A program made the translations under genes and the position numbers. Of a stretch of DNA of 64,000 bases, positions 27,726 to 36,872 are shown one piece after another. Each line of letters starts with the position of its first letter. The first letter of the stretch is position 1. The notes under the pieces were generated by a model. It made no database searches, was not told the origin of the DNA, and saw only the letters and a list, made by a program, of their open reading frames with translations. Source of the stretch: a virus; the IMG/VR virus record IMGVR_UViG_3300032285_001888, positions 8,934-72,933 of that record; one strand, given 5' to 3'.

Positions 27726-29343
27726 AATCTTCATTATTAAAGTGTGTTTGTTTAAGATACTGGTAATGACTAGGACATTTAGCCGCCGTAAGTTCATTTT
27801 GAACTTTTTTACGATTCCAATAATTTAATGTATTCTGCGTTAAATAACCAGTCTTGAGATGGGACGGAGTGATATATAAATCATCGTATAGATCTTTTTC
27901 CATGGAATATCTGTTAAGTGGAATTGTATGATTACCTACGAAAATATCAGGAATACCACCAGTATGAAATCCTAGCTCATGTTTTTGTAACATCGAACCT
28001 GCTAGCTCCGAAGACATTGTATGCAATTCTGCTAGTTGCTTATCAACCAATCTGTGTTCAACTTCTACTTGTTCAGTAACATGTTTCCAGTAGGGAGTAT
28101 CACGTCTTGAAGACATTGAGTAGTGGAGCGTAACAAAAACTTTAAAAGTTTTCATAGTCACATTGGCCATATAATTAAACCAATCTACGTGTATTTTATT
28201 AACTTGCTCATGCTCTAAAGTTTGATATAATAAAATCAACATTTCTTGCACACTATATAGGCCTGTGCTTTCTAACGGTTCGATAAATGCATAACTTAAC
28301 CCAACTCCTACTACATTTTTTTCCCAACATTTATCGTGACATCCATTTTTAATTTTAACTAGTCTAAATTCTAAGTTATCGGCACGATTAGGATCTAGAT
28401 ATGTCATCTTGTCGCTGTTAAGATATGCTTTATATTCTGCTAATGCATCTTCTTCACTAATAAATTTAGTGCTAAAAACATATCCGCTACCTATACGATG
28501 ATATAACGGAATGTTCCATACCCAACCGTTGTTATAGGCTGTGCAATTGGTAACATTTTCCATCTCTAGTTCTTTATCATGATACGGCACATGACAAGTC
28601 CACGCACGATCATTTGGCAACCACTTGTTAAAACTTTCAAAAGGAACACCCATCGTCTGCTCTAGTAGCAATGATCTAAATCCAGAACAGTCGACAAATA
28701 AGTCTCCTTTGACGTGTTCACCGTTCTGTAGTACTAGATAGTCAATGTAACCGTCATCTTCTTTAACAATATCAGTAATATGTTGTTTTATGTAGGTAAC
28801 ACCGTTAGGTATAGCAAATTTATCTTTTAGAAATATTCCAAATTTTGCCGCATCCATATGATATGCTACATCATTCTTAAAACTATAATTTTCTAGTTTA
28901 TGTTTTTTATTATCGCATATTTTATTATTGTAAATTAGTGGCATGCAACTATACATACACTCGTAGAAATCATTCCAGGGAGTTTCGGGATGTTTTAATT
29001 TTTTGTAGTACCAGTCATGTATTCCGTTGGTTGTATTCTTAATATCCTTAATGCCAAACGGATAATAAAATGCTTCGCCTTTTTTATAAAAATCTGTAAA
29101 TTTAATGCTTAATTTATGAGTAGCATTACAGTGAGGCATCCAATCTTCATCCTCTAAATCTAGTAAATGCAGAAATAAGTTCAATGTGCCCAGAGTCGAT
29201 TCACCAACTCCTACTGTAGGGATATCAGGACTTTCTACTAGGGTGATTTCTTTAGAAGGAAATTTCTTAGAAAGCAAGGCCGCTGTCATCCATCCCGCAC
29301 TTCCACCACCTACAATGACGATTTTTTCTATGGGTTTTTTCAT
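27724..29343 (-). CDS. Flavin-dependent halogenase, tryptophan halogenase family
   Basis: GGGSAG FAD loop, VGESTL, catalytic Lys in NATHKLSIKF, GWVWNIPL (WxWxIP) and FIEPLESTG. Confidence 0.9.
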   Translation of the reverse strand: MKKPIEKIVIVGGGSAGWMTAALLSKKFPSKEITLVESPDIPTVGVGESTLGTLNLFLHLLDLEDEDWMPHCNATHKLSIKFTDFYKKGEAFYYPFGIKDIKNTTNGIHDWYYKKLKHPETPWNDFYECMYSCMPLIYNNKICDNKKHKLENYSFKNDVAYHMDAAKFGIFLKDKFAIPNGVTYIKQHITDIVKEDDGYIDYLVLQNGEHVKGDLFVDCSGFRSLLLEQTMGVPFESFNKWLPNDRAWTCHVPYHDKELEMENVTNCTAYNNGWVWNIPLYHRIGSGYVFSTKFISEEDALAEYKAYLNSDKMTYLDPNRADNLEFRLVKIKNGCHDKCWEKNVVGVGLSYAFIEPLESTGLYSVQEMLILLYQTLEHEQVNKIHVDWFNYMANVTMKTFKVFVTLHYSMSSRRDTPYWKHVTEQVEVEHRLVDKQLAELHTMSSELAGSMLQKHELGFHTGGIPDIFVGNHTIPLNRYSMEKDLYDDLYITPSHLKTGYLTQNTLNYWNRKKVQNELTAAKCPSHYQYLKQTHFNNED

Positions 29344-29347
29344 TTTT

Positions 29348-30559
29348 TTATTCTTTAAAATAGTTATAATTCAGTTTTTTATCAATAATCCTAAGATTAG
29401 TAGGACTAAAAAACCATGGTGTTCCCACTAACGGAGTTCCTTGCGCATCGTTTTTTTTGTATTCAGCTACTGTATCTGCAAACATTTTACTCTTATTTAA
29501 TCTAGTGATAGCCTTATGCCTGGCAAAATTCCAAAACTTACTATCAAACATCGAGCCGCCGTGATATAGATAAGATAACATATCTTCCAAGGATTTTGCC
29601 ATTCCATCAAAATTAGTATTCATAAAGAATGAATCATATTTTTTTGTGTTTGATAAATGCTGGGCAAACATATCAGCAATAGCTACGTAGCAAAATATAG
29701 AACTTGCACTTAAAGGTTCAAAAAATAAAGCTCTATTACCGTTAAGCAGTATCCGGCCATCCATTATTTTTTTAGAGTAATAGGATTTAAACTTATATTC
29801 TATAACATCTTCTTTTTCAATTTTTTTAGAAAACATAGTTGACATTTCTGTCAACGCACTAGCATCATCGGTTAGATCACTATTAAACAAATATCCATAA
29901 GTATGTCTAGTAGTCAATGGAATTCCAAATGTCCAACCATGCTCGGTTGCGATGTGTTCTGTATATAGTTCTAGTTCCGCTAGGTGTGGTGGAACACTAT
30001 AGACAAAACATGTATTAACCGGAGAGCAATCGCTGATATGATAGTTTGTATAATCTGTTGGGAATCCTCTACAATCAATTACATAATCAAATTTTTCAAT
30101 ATTATCGTTTATTTTTATGTTAGCACAATTAAACCCATTTTCTATACTTTCAACTTTACCTTCTAAAACTTTAAATTTTTTAGGCCATAAATCTTTAAAT
30201 CTTTTAAATGCAAAATCTTTCAATTTAAAATTATTAAAATGTGCGGCAACACCGGCACCGAACAACGGATTAACCCAATCATGTTCTCGCCAGTTTATAT
30301 ATTTTGTTCCAAATTTAAAAGTGCCATCTAATTCTTTTAGATCTTCAACATGACTAAATTGCATTCCGGTTTGTAAGGCGGCTATAAAATTAGGATTAGT
30401 ACTTTCACCTATACCTAAGATAGGTGTTTCCGGATCATACACAGACACAACGTCCCATTTGTTAGATAACCAAGGCAACAGTACTGATAATGTAACGATT
30501 CCGGCGGATCCTACTCCAACAACTGCTAGTCGAAATTGTTTATTTGAACTCGGGACCAT
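29348..30559 (-). CDS. Divergent tryptophan-halogenase-family flavoprotein
   Basis: GVGSAG, IGEST, GTFKFG and IDCRGF are present, but GWTFGIPL and FFEPLSASS deviate from the halogenase motifs. Confidence 0.8.
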   Translation of the reverse strand: MVPSSNKQFRLAVVGVGSAGIVTLSVLLPWLSNKWDVVSVYDPETPILGIGESTNPNFIAALQTGMQFSHVEDLKELDGTFKFGTKYINWREHDWVNPLFGAGVAAHFNNFKLKDFAFKRFKDLWPKKFKVLEGKVESIENGFNCANIKINDNIEKFDYVIDCRGFPTDYTNYHISDCSPVNTCFVYSVPPHLAELELYTEHIATEHGWTFGIPLTTRHTYGYLFNSDLTDDASALTEMSTMFSKKIEKEDVIEYKFKSYYSKKIMDGRILLNGNRALFFEPLSASSIFCYVAIADMFAQHLSNTKKYDSFFMNTNFDGMAKSLEDMLSYLYHGGSMFDSKFWNFARHKAITRLNKSKMFADTVAEYKKNDAQGTPLVGTPWFFSPTNLRIIDKKLNYNYFKE

Positions 30560-31115
30560 ATATCCAACCTACAATAACATGCCTAGTTCCTTTAGTTACT
30601 GGAGTTACGCGATGTGTACAAAACGAAGGAAATATTGTAATGTATCCTTGCTTCCTTACCGTCGGATCATTATGTGCCGGCATAAATTCTAAATCTCCGC
30701 CCTCGTACTCCGCTGGATCAGTTAACTGAATACTAAAGGATAATTTTCTGATATGAGTATCTTGTATTAAATCAGTATGCCATATATAATGATCACCCCT
30801 ATCTGCTGTATATTTAAAAACAAGAATAGGATCTTTTGAAAATAGACCGTCTAGGTGATATCTAAATGTTTCAGAATTTGTTCTAAAAATAGACCTAAAG
30901 ATATTATCCTCTAATTCTGTAGTTATTCCTGACCTAGAAAGAAGAACACTTCTGTGTTGTTTAGCAGTAATAAATTGACCAAACTTAAAAACCGTGCCCT
31001 CAATCCACCCAGATGATGATGCAATAATTTCATTACATTTTTCAACTGATAAAAATGGATATGTGATAGCTCGAGGTAAAGGTTTCCTTGTAGCTAAGGG
31101 CTTGTCTACTATCAT
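30540..31115 (-). CDS. 2OG-Fe(II) dioxygenase, prolyl-4-hydroxylase/PKHD-like
   Basis: WHTD...RKLSFSIQL...YEGGDL...HRVTPVTKGTR: HxD...H triad plus the 2OG-binding Arg. Confidence 0.9.
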   Translation of the reverse strand: MIVDKPLATRKPLPRAITYPFLSVEKCNEIIASSSGWIEGTVFKFGQFITAKQHRSVLLSRSGITTELEDNIFRSIFRTNSETFRYHLDGLFSKDPILVFKYTADRGDHYIWHTDLIQDTHIRKLSFSIQLTDPAEYEGGDLEFMPAHNDPTVRKQGYITIFPSFCTHRVTPVTKGTRHVIVGWIYGPEFK

Positions 31116-32734
31116 TATTCTTTACCGGCGTATATATTATCTCGAAGATATTCATAATGTGACGGTGCTGTTTCTATTAGTGAATTAATATATTCTTTCT
31201 TTTGATCCCAATAATCTTGTGTTTGAGATGTAAAGAACTCAGGAGCCTGCCCATGACGTGCTTCAATTAACTGTTTAACTATTGATAGTTGTGTTTTGCT
31301 TACAGGCAGAACATCCATGCCTACTAAAATATCAGGCATTCCACCCATACTTGCATCTCCTGGTAAATGATGCATCTGAAGTAGTTTGACAGCAAGGTCA
31401 CTACCGGCGGTAGGTATCTGATTAAAACTACGATCAAGCATTAGTGAATCCATCTCAATCTCTTCAGTTACATGTTGCCAGTAAGGAGTATCACGTCTTG
31501 ACGAAAATACATAATGGTATGCTACAAAATTTCTAAAGCCATCCATAGTTAGATTACAAATATAGTTAAAGTGATCAACATGGATCTTATTAACTTGCTT
31601 GTTGCGCAGTGTTTCGCATAGTTTTAATAACATTTCTTGCACACTTAGCAAGCCTGTACTTTCTAATGGTTCTACAAATGCATAACTTAGTCCAATTCCT
31701 ACACAGTTTTTATGCCAAGCACGTTCATGTACTCCGTTTTTTATCTCAATGAGCCTGAATTCTAAGAATTCAGACCTTATAGGATTAGGCAATCGCATTT
31801 TATCACTATTTAAATATGTCTTGTACTCTTCTAATGCCTGCTCTTTACTGATAAATTTATCACAGAATACATAACCACTTCCTATTCTGTTGTACAGCGG
31901 GATATTCCACACCCAACCGTTATTAATAGCTGTACAGTTGGTAACATTTTCCATTTCTCTATTCTTATCTGCATAGGGAATATGAGTCACCCATGCATGA
32001 TTGTTAGGCAAGTGACTTGAATATGAATAGAACGGTACTCCCATTGTTTGTTCTAGTAGTAAAGATTTAAATCCTGTGCAGTCTATATACAGGTCGGCCT
32101 CCACTATATCCCCATTATCTAATTTTAATCCATTAATATAGCCGTCTTCTTCTAATAGTACACCTTCAATATTTGCACTAATATGGACTACTCCGTTAGG
32201 AATACACACTTTTTCTTTTAGAAATTCACCAAACAAGGTAGCATCCATATGATATGCACTATCGTTTTTCCAGCTGAAACCTGGAAGCTGTCCCTCTTTA
32301 TTATCAAATATTTTACTTTGATAAATCATAGGCATTGAACTGTAAACACTTTCATAAAAATCATTTTTATCTAGATCTGGATTTAAGATCTTTTTAACAT
32401 ACCAGTCAGTTGCACCTTGCTGTGTATTTTGCAGATCTTTAACTCCAAACGGGTAATAAAAGGATTCGCCTTTTTCGTAAAAATCTGTAAATTTAATAGC
32501 TAATTTATAAGTGGCATTGCAGTAGGACATCCAATCTTCGTCTTTGAGTCCTAAAAGTCCAAGATATTGATTGATTGTGCCTAGTGTTGACTCTCCTACT
32601 CCGATGATTGGAATATCGGGACTTTCGATAAGTGCCACTTCCATGTCCGGAAATTGAGTTGACAGCATAGCCGCCGACATCCAGCCAGAACTTCCGCCAC
32701 CGGCAATAATAATTCGTTTAATTGGTTTTTTCAT
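31115..32734 (-). CDS. Flavin-dependent halogenase, tryptophan halogenase family
   Basis: GGGSSG, VGESTL, NATYKLAIKF, GWVWNIPL and FVEPLESTG; close paralogue of 27724..29343. Confidence 0.9.
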   Translation of the reverse strand: MKKPIKRIIIAGGGSSGWMSAAMLSTQFPDMEVALIESPDIPIIGVGESTLGTINQYLGLLGLKDEDWMSYCNATYKLAIKFTDFYEKGESFYYPFGVKDLQNTQQGATDWYVKKILNPDLDKNDFYESVYSSMPMIYQSKIFDNKEGQLPGFSWKNDSAYHMDATLFGEFLKEKVCIPNGVVHISANIEGVLLEEDGYINGLKLDNGDIVEADLYIDCTGFKSLLLEQTMGVPFYSYSSHLPNNHAWVTHIPYADKNREMENVTNCTAINNGWVWNIPLYNRIGSGYVFCDKFISKEQALEEYKTYLNSDKMRLPNPIRSEFLEFRLIEIKNGVHERAWHKNCVGIGLSYAFVEPLESTGLLSVQEMLLKLCETLRNKQVNKIHVDHFNYICNLTMDGFRNFVAYHYVFSSRRDTPYWQHVTEEIEMDSLMLDRSFNQIPTAGSDLAVKLLQMHHLPGDASMGGMPDILVGMDVLPVSKTQLSIVKQLIEARHGQAPEFFTSQTQDYWDQKKEYINSLIETAPSHYEYLRDNIYAGKE

Positions 32735-32758
32735 AGTTAGTCCTTTTAACCCTTTGGG

Positions 32759-32764
32759 TATTTA
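32759..32764 (-). promoter_or_regulatory. Putative late promoter (TAAATA) inside the enzyme cluster
   Basis: ATAAATA on the - strand in the 40-bp gap upstream of halogenase 31115..32734, followed by an AAGGA SD. Confidence 0.55.
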
Positions 32765-32774
32765 TTGATGTATT

Positions 32775-33410
32775 TTAAACGTAGACAACATTCTGGTTAT
32801 CTCTAGAATCTCTAAAGTAGTCTCTATGAAAATTCCAAGATATTGAAATACGAGTACTGTCTGTCTTATTTTCATTTACACAATGTTGCAACCATCCGGG
32901 GAATAAAACAATTTTACCTACTGCTGGTTTTACTTCTGCATATTTTTCTACCATATTTCCAAACGGAAATACTTCTTGTTGCAGCCACGGAACTGGATTC
33001 ATTATACCAAAATCACCATCTTTTCCGGTAGTCTGAAAGTAGTAAGAACCGGATATAAGCGCATCTTGATGTTGATGCCAGTCTTGTTTTTCTCCCTTTG
33101 ATGTTTTATTAATCCAGCTATGCCTTAGAGATACAGGAACAGGATGCCATGCCTGTGTCTTATCAATGTATATCTTAAGATGTTTTTCAATATATGCCCT
33201 TAAATGCACTAGTTCAAAATCTTGTATTGTATTATGACGTGCTTTAATGTTAGTTTGAACACCATCATTCCATCCTGGCGGATTTGAAAACGAATCAGTA
33301 GCCTCAATAAGTGGTAATTTCTTTTTAATCTCGTCTTGAATAAGGAAAATTTCTTGAGAAGTTCCTTGATGTTCATAGATTACGGTTGGGAACAGAGGTC
33401 TTATCGGCAT
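32775..33410 (-). CDS. Putative 2OG-Fe(II) oxygenase (TIGR02466-like, HxH type)
   Basis: SWIN...WHQH...ISGSYY...LFPGWLQHCV...RISISWN. Confidence 0.85.
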   Translation of the reverse strand: MPIRPLFPTVIYEHQGTSQEIFLIQDEIKKKLPLIEATDSFSNPPGWNDGVQTNIKARHNTIQDFELVHLRAYIEKHLKIYIDKTQAWHPVPVSLRHSWINKTSKGEKQDWHQHQDALISGSYYFQTTGKDGDFGIMNPVPWLQQEVFPFGNMVEKYAEVKPAVGKIVLFPGWLQHCVNENKTDSTRISISWNFHRDYFRDSRDNQNVVYV

Positions 33411-34109
33411 TTATAGTCCCTTATCTTTTAAAAGTTTTTTGCGTTTAAAATACTGTCCGTTAAGGGTAAATGCTACCTGCCCTACTTGTTTGATATATTC
33501 ATCCATAGAAACTGTGTGCATTTTAATATCGATATCAGATTCCGATAATGGTATTATGTGAGCTAGTTCTTTATTCAGCGGAATAGTTAGTTCCTTAGGA
33601 TACATCACTTTTGGTATTAGTAAATTTACACTTGTAGTATGTTGATATTTGTAATCAACTACTCCGTTTACAACAAACGGTTTAAACTGATCGTCGTGCC
33701 AAAAACAATTAGTGTATAAAAAATTGACTCCAGTTTTTTCTTTAATTCTCCACGGGCTTACTAACTTTGCATGGAAATGATTTTTAAGAAAATCTTCGCC
33801 CCATTGTTTGGAATTATGCGCTTCGATAGAATCTTCTGGGAACCATTTTAATAATCCGCCTTCGGTTCCTAGCCAAATCTCTTCCCAGCTTTGTAAAATA
33901 AATCCAGTCCTGTATAAGGTCCCGACACCTGGGCATGTCTTCATAGTGCCGCGCATAGGTCCGTTATGCTTTACTGTAGGTGGCAAGTTTTTCCAGAAGG
34001 GGGGTAATCTTTCTTCAGCATGCAATATAGGAAATAACTTTTCCACGTCTGGAACATGTGTAAAACAATCTAACACTATCTTGGGTTTTTTAAGAAAAAA
34101 TGAAAACAT
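33411..34109 (-). CDS. Uncharacterised protein, paralogue family X copy 1
   Basis: PPFWKNLP...TMKTCPG...TGFIL...KLVSPWRIK...GVVD...IIP; related to the next two ORFs. Confidence 0.7.
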   Translation of the reverse strand: MFSFFLKKPKIVLDCFTHVPDVEKLFPILHAEERLPPFWKNLPPTVKHNGPMRGTMKTCPGVGTLYRTGFILQSWEEIWLGTEGGLLKWFPEDSIEAHNSKQWGEDFLKNHFHAKLVSPWRIKEKTGVNFLYTNCFWHDDQFKPFVVNGVVDYKYQHTTSVNLLIPKVMYPKELTIPLNKELAHIIPLSESDIDIKMHTVSMDEYIKQVGQVAFTLNGQYFKRKKLLKDKGL

Positions 34110-34113
34110 CGAA

Positions 34114-34815
34114 TTACCTATAAGTTTTTTTTGTATGCATCAGCTGTGCGTATAGACCAGACCAATAAGTACCGAGTCTATATTTAAAACTAGATTTGTT
34201 TATTTCATCGCTCCTGAACCCAGACGACATTTGCCAGTCTTCTCTTTTAAAAGGAAAAACAACCATCAAGGGGTCCCCCGGACTTATCATAAATTCTTCT
34301 TGTTTAACAAGACCAACAAATCCAATCGGTTCGTCATGTTTATCAGTATCAACCACTCCTGGGAATAGCGAATATTCTTTTCGCATATGATAAAATGGGT
34401 CGAATAACATACAACTGTAGCCAGGCGGAGTCTTAATATACCAGGGATTATTTAATTTTAGATAATGATTCTTATACCCAGCATATTCAAATTGAGCTTG
34501 CCACCAGGGATGCTTGCTAATAACATCATTTGTATCTCTAGATCTAGTATCAAAGTCCTTGATAAACCTAGGATCTATTTTTTGTTTTATTTGAACTTCA
34601 TAAGATGCACGTATAATATAGCCGGTGGTCATGTAGTCTAATACAGGAACACATCTTTTAATGGTCGGAGTATGCGGTTTAGTATAGGGAGAAATCTCCG
34701 GAATCTCAATAGGAGTATCTTTGTACCATTCGGGTATCATTTTACCTGCCGGAAGAACCGGAAACATTTCTAATGCTTCAACATCGGATGTAGTAAATTC
34801 TATTATATTAGTCAT
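34114..34815 (-). CDS. Uncharacterised protein, paralogue family X copy 2
   Basis: PEWYKDTP...TIKRCVPVLDYMTTGY...PWYIKTPPGYS...PGVVDTD...GDPLMVVFPFKRE. Confidence 0.7.
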   Translation of the reverse strand: MTNIIEFTTSDVEALEMFPVLPAGKMIPEWYKDTPIEIPEISPYTKPHTPTIKRCVPVLDYMTTGYIIRASYEVQIKQKIDPRFIKDFDTRSRDTNDVISKHPWWQAQFEYAGYKNHYLKLNNPWYIKTPPGYSCMLFDPFYHMRKEYSLFPGVVDTDKHDEPIGFVGLVKQEEFMISPGDPLMVVFPFKREDWQMSSGFRSDEINKSSFKYRLGTYWSGLYAQLMHTKKTYR

Positions 34816-35567
34816 TTGAATTCTTTAGGAGTATGAAACATACGTTGATAAATGTTATACAAGTAAAATTTTGATCGTTTTAAGATATCGCCAGATACAA
34901 TTTCTGATTCCCATGTATCACGTTTAAATGGAATAATCTGTAATACTGGATCTCCTGCCACAAATCTTACCTCAGTGTCAGTGCCAGACATAAATCCCAC
35001 CACAGGAATTTTTTCATTAAATTTGTCAGTATCAATTATTGCAGGCATTATATTAACATCTGTTCGGAAAAAATAATAAGGTTGCATGATTAGACAACTA
35101 TATCCCGGCGGCGTTATTATAGACCAATCTAGTGTAAACTTAAAATAGTTTGCCGGACTTTTTTTATCCTGCATCTTTGCCGGACACTCGGGATTAAAAT
35201 ATACATTAACCGGGTTACTTGAATGCAATCCCATTTCCTGTTCAGTTTTTACAAAACCTGTACCGGGTTCTCTTTGTTTATACTTTTCTTCAGTAGCACC
35301 AGCTTTAACTATAGTCATTTGCGGAACAAAATTAACAAGTTTTTCTTGTATTCGATTCTCATATCCAGCACGAAGGATGTATCCTGAATTTAATAAATCA
35401 TCAACTGGCACACATGCACGTATGTTTCTGACAGCATTTTCATCAAACTTGTAAGATTGTCTCGGACCTTGCAACCCAGTATACCATGAAGGTAGCATAT
35501 CTTTAGCAGGAACAGGTGGCCAATGTTGTTTTAAAAGTTCATCGTCTGTTTTAAATTTAATTTTCAT
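34812..35567 (-). CDS. Uncharacterised protein, paralogue family X copy 3
   Basis: PSWY...NIRACVPVDDLLNSGY...WSIITPPGYS...PAIIDTD...GDPVLQIIPFKRD. Confidence 0.7.
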   Translation of the reverse strand: MKIKFKTDDELLKQHWPPVPAKDMLPSWYTGLQGPRQSYKFDENAVRNIRACVPVDDLLNSGYILRAGYENRIQEKLVNFVPQMTIVKAGATEEKYKQREPGTGFVKTEQEMGLHSSNPVNVYFNPECPAKMQDKKSPANYFKFTLDWSIITPPGYSCLIMQPYYFFRTDVNIMPAIIDTDKFNEKIPVVGFMSGTDTEVRFVAGDPVLQIIPFKRDTWESEIVSGDILKRSKFYLYNIYQRMFHTPKEFK

Positions 35568-36160
35568 TCGGGCATCTCGTCAGCTTCTAACAACCAAGTT
35601 GTTAATATATATTTGTCTGTACTACCAATGGGGGGATTTCCTCTATGTGTGTGAGTCCAATCGGCCGGCCAAATTAATAATTTATTTTTTTTAGGTTTAA
35701 TTCTAATATTTTGATATAAAAATTCAGTTTCGCCAGCATCGTCTATGTCGTTCATGTATAATTGTACAACTAATCTACGCTTGGAGTCATCCTTTAAGGC
35801 TTCATAATGCCATTGATGAAACCCACCACCGGGTACAATTTTTTTCATTTTGATTTGCTCTGCTTTAAATGATAACTCTTGTAAAATACTAAATTTATCA
35901 GCGTATATAGGAATTATTTGCTTCCACAATACATCTAAGAAGTGGTTTATGTATTCGGGATGCAAGGTGTTAATTACCTTTGGATCTAAAAAATACAGTT
36001 GCTCATCGTCTTTCCAATGCTTTGGAATTTTATCTTGTTGATGTAGTTTTAAAGATGATATTTTATCATAGTAGGCAATAACTTCGTTGAAGTATGTATT
36101 CTTAAAATAGTTTTCAAAAATACCGATAAAGCCAACGAATTCGTATTTTTCAAAATTCAT
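35564..36160 (-). CDS. 2OG-Fe(II) oxygenase (HxE type)
   Basis: GGGFHQWHYE...YMND...GETEF...WPADWTHTHRGNPP...KYILTTW. Confidence 0.85.
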   Translation of the reverse strand: MNFEKYEFVGFIGIFENYFKNTYFNEVIAYYDKISSLKLHQQDKIPKHWKDDEQLYFLDPKVINTLHPEYINHFLDVLWKQIIPIYADKFSILQELSFKAEQIKMKKIVPGGGFHQWHYEALKDDSKRRLVVQLYMNDIDDAGETEFLYQNIRIKPKKNKLLIWPADWTHTHRGNPPIGSTDKYILTTWLLEADEMPE

Positions 36161-36855
36161 TTGACTATCTCTGCTAATTTGACTCGGTAATTACCTGCAA
36201 TCGATATTCTAACATCGTCAGAAGTATAAAACGGATGAACTTGATGATGCAGATCTGCAGGAAATATACAGATGCGACCTTCCCAAGACTTGTCTACGGG
36301 TAACGAAAAAATAGATTGCTTACCTAGAACATCTGGATAAATGAATTCAAATTGTGCAGATCTGTTTTTTATTAAATCAGGATTGGCTAAATTCTCTTGT
36401 TCGTCTTTGATATTATAGGGAACGTATGCCCAAATTACAAAACTATAAATTCCAGTATGGTTATGCAGGGGCATAAATTCTCCCGCACGTTGAAAATTTA
36501 GCCACATTCTTTCTAAGTCTAAGTTTATATCACTATTAGTTACATCCGTGGTGAAATTAAACATTTTATTGAAGTAGTTATATTTAGATTCGTAAAAACT
36601 TACCAACTTTAATACTTCTTTATTCATGTCACTATATAAGTCTGGAGAAAAATAGTAATCGTCAGAATATCCTGCTTTTTTCTTATGGAAGAATCTTAGC
36701 ATGTCTTTAGCTTCTGCTGGGTCTTTTCCTTTATCGAGGAAATCCTGCCGCATTACTTCAACTTCTTTTTTGATCCGTTGGAACAAGAAGGGGTTTAGTT
36801 GGTCGACTAGAACTCCAACGTTTGGTAAATCTTGCATCATTGCTGTGGCACTCAT
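36157..36855 (-). CDS. Putative 2OG-Fe(II) oxygenase (HxH type)
   Basis: WLNFQ...PLHNHTG.YSFVIW...FPADLHHQVHPF...RISIAGN. Confidence 0.85.
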   Translation of the reverse strand: MSATAMMQDLPNVGVLVDQLNPFLFQRIKKEVEVMRQDFLDKGKDPAEAKDMLRFFHKKKAGYSDDYYFSPDLYSDMNKEVLKLVSFYESKYNYFNKMFNFTTDVTNSDINLDLERMWLNFQRAGEFMPLHNHTGIYSFVIWAYVPYNIKDEQENLANPDLIKNRSAQFEFIYPDVLGKQSIFSLPVDKSWEGRICIFPADLHHQVHPFYTSDDVRISIAGNYRVKLAEIVK

Positions 36856-36872
36856 AGCAATAATTATCTAAT

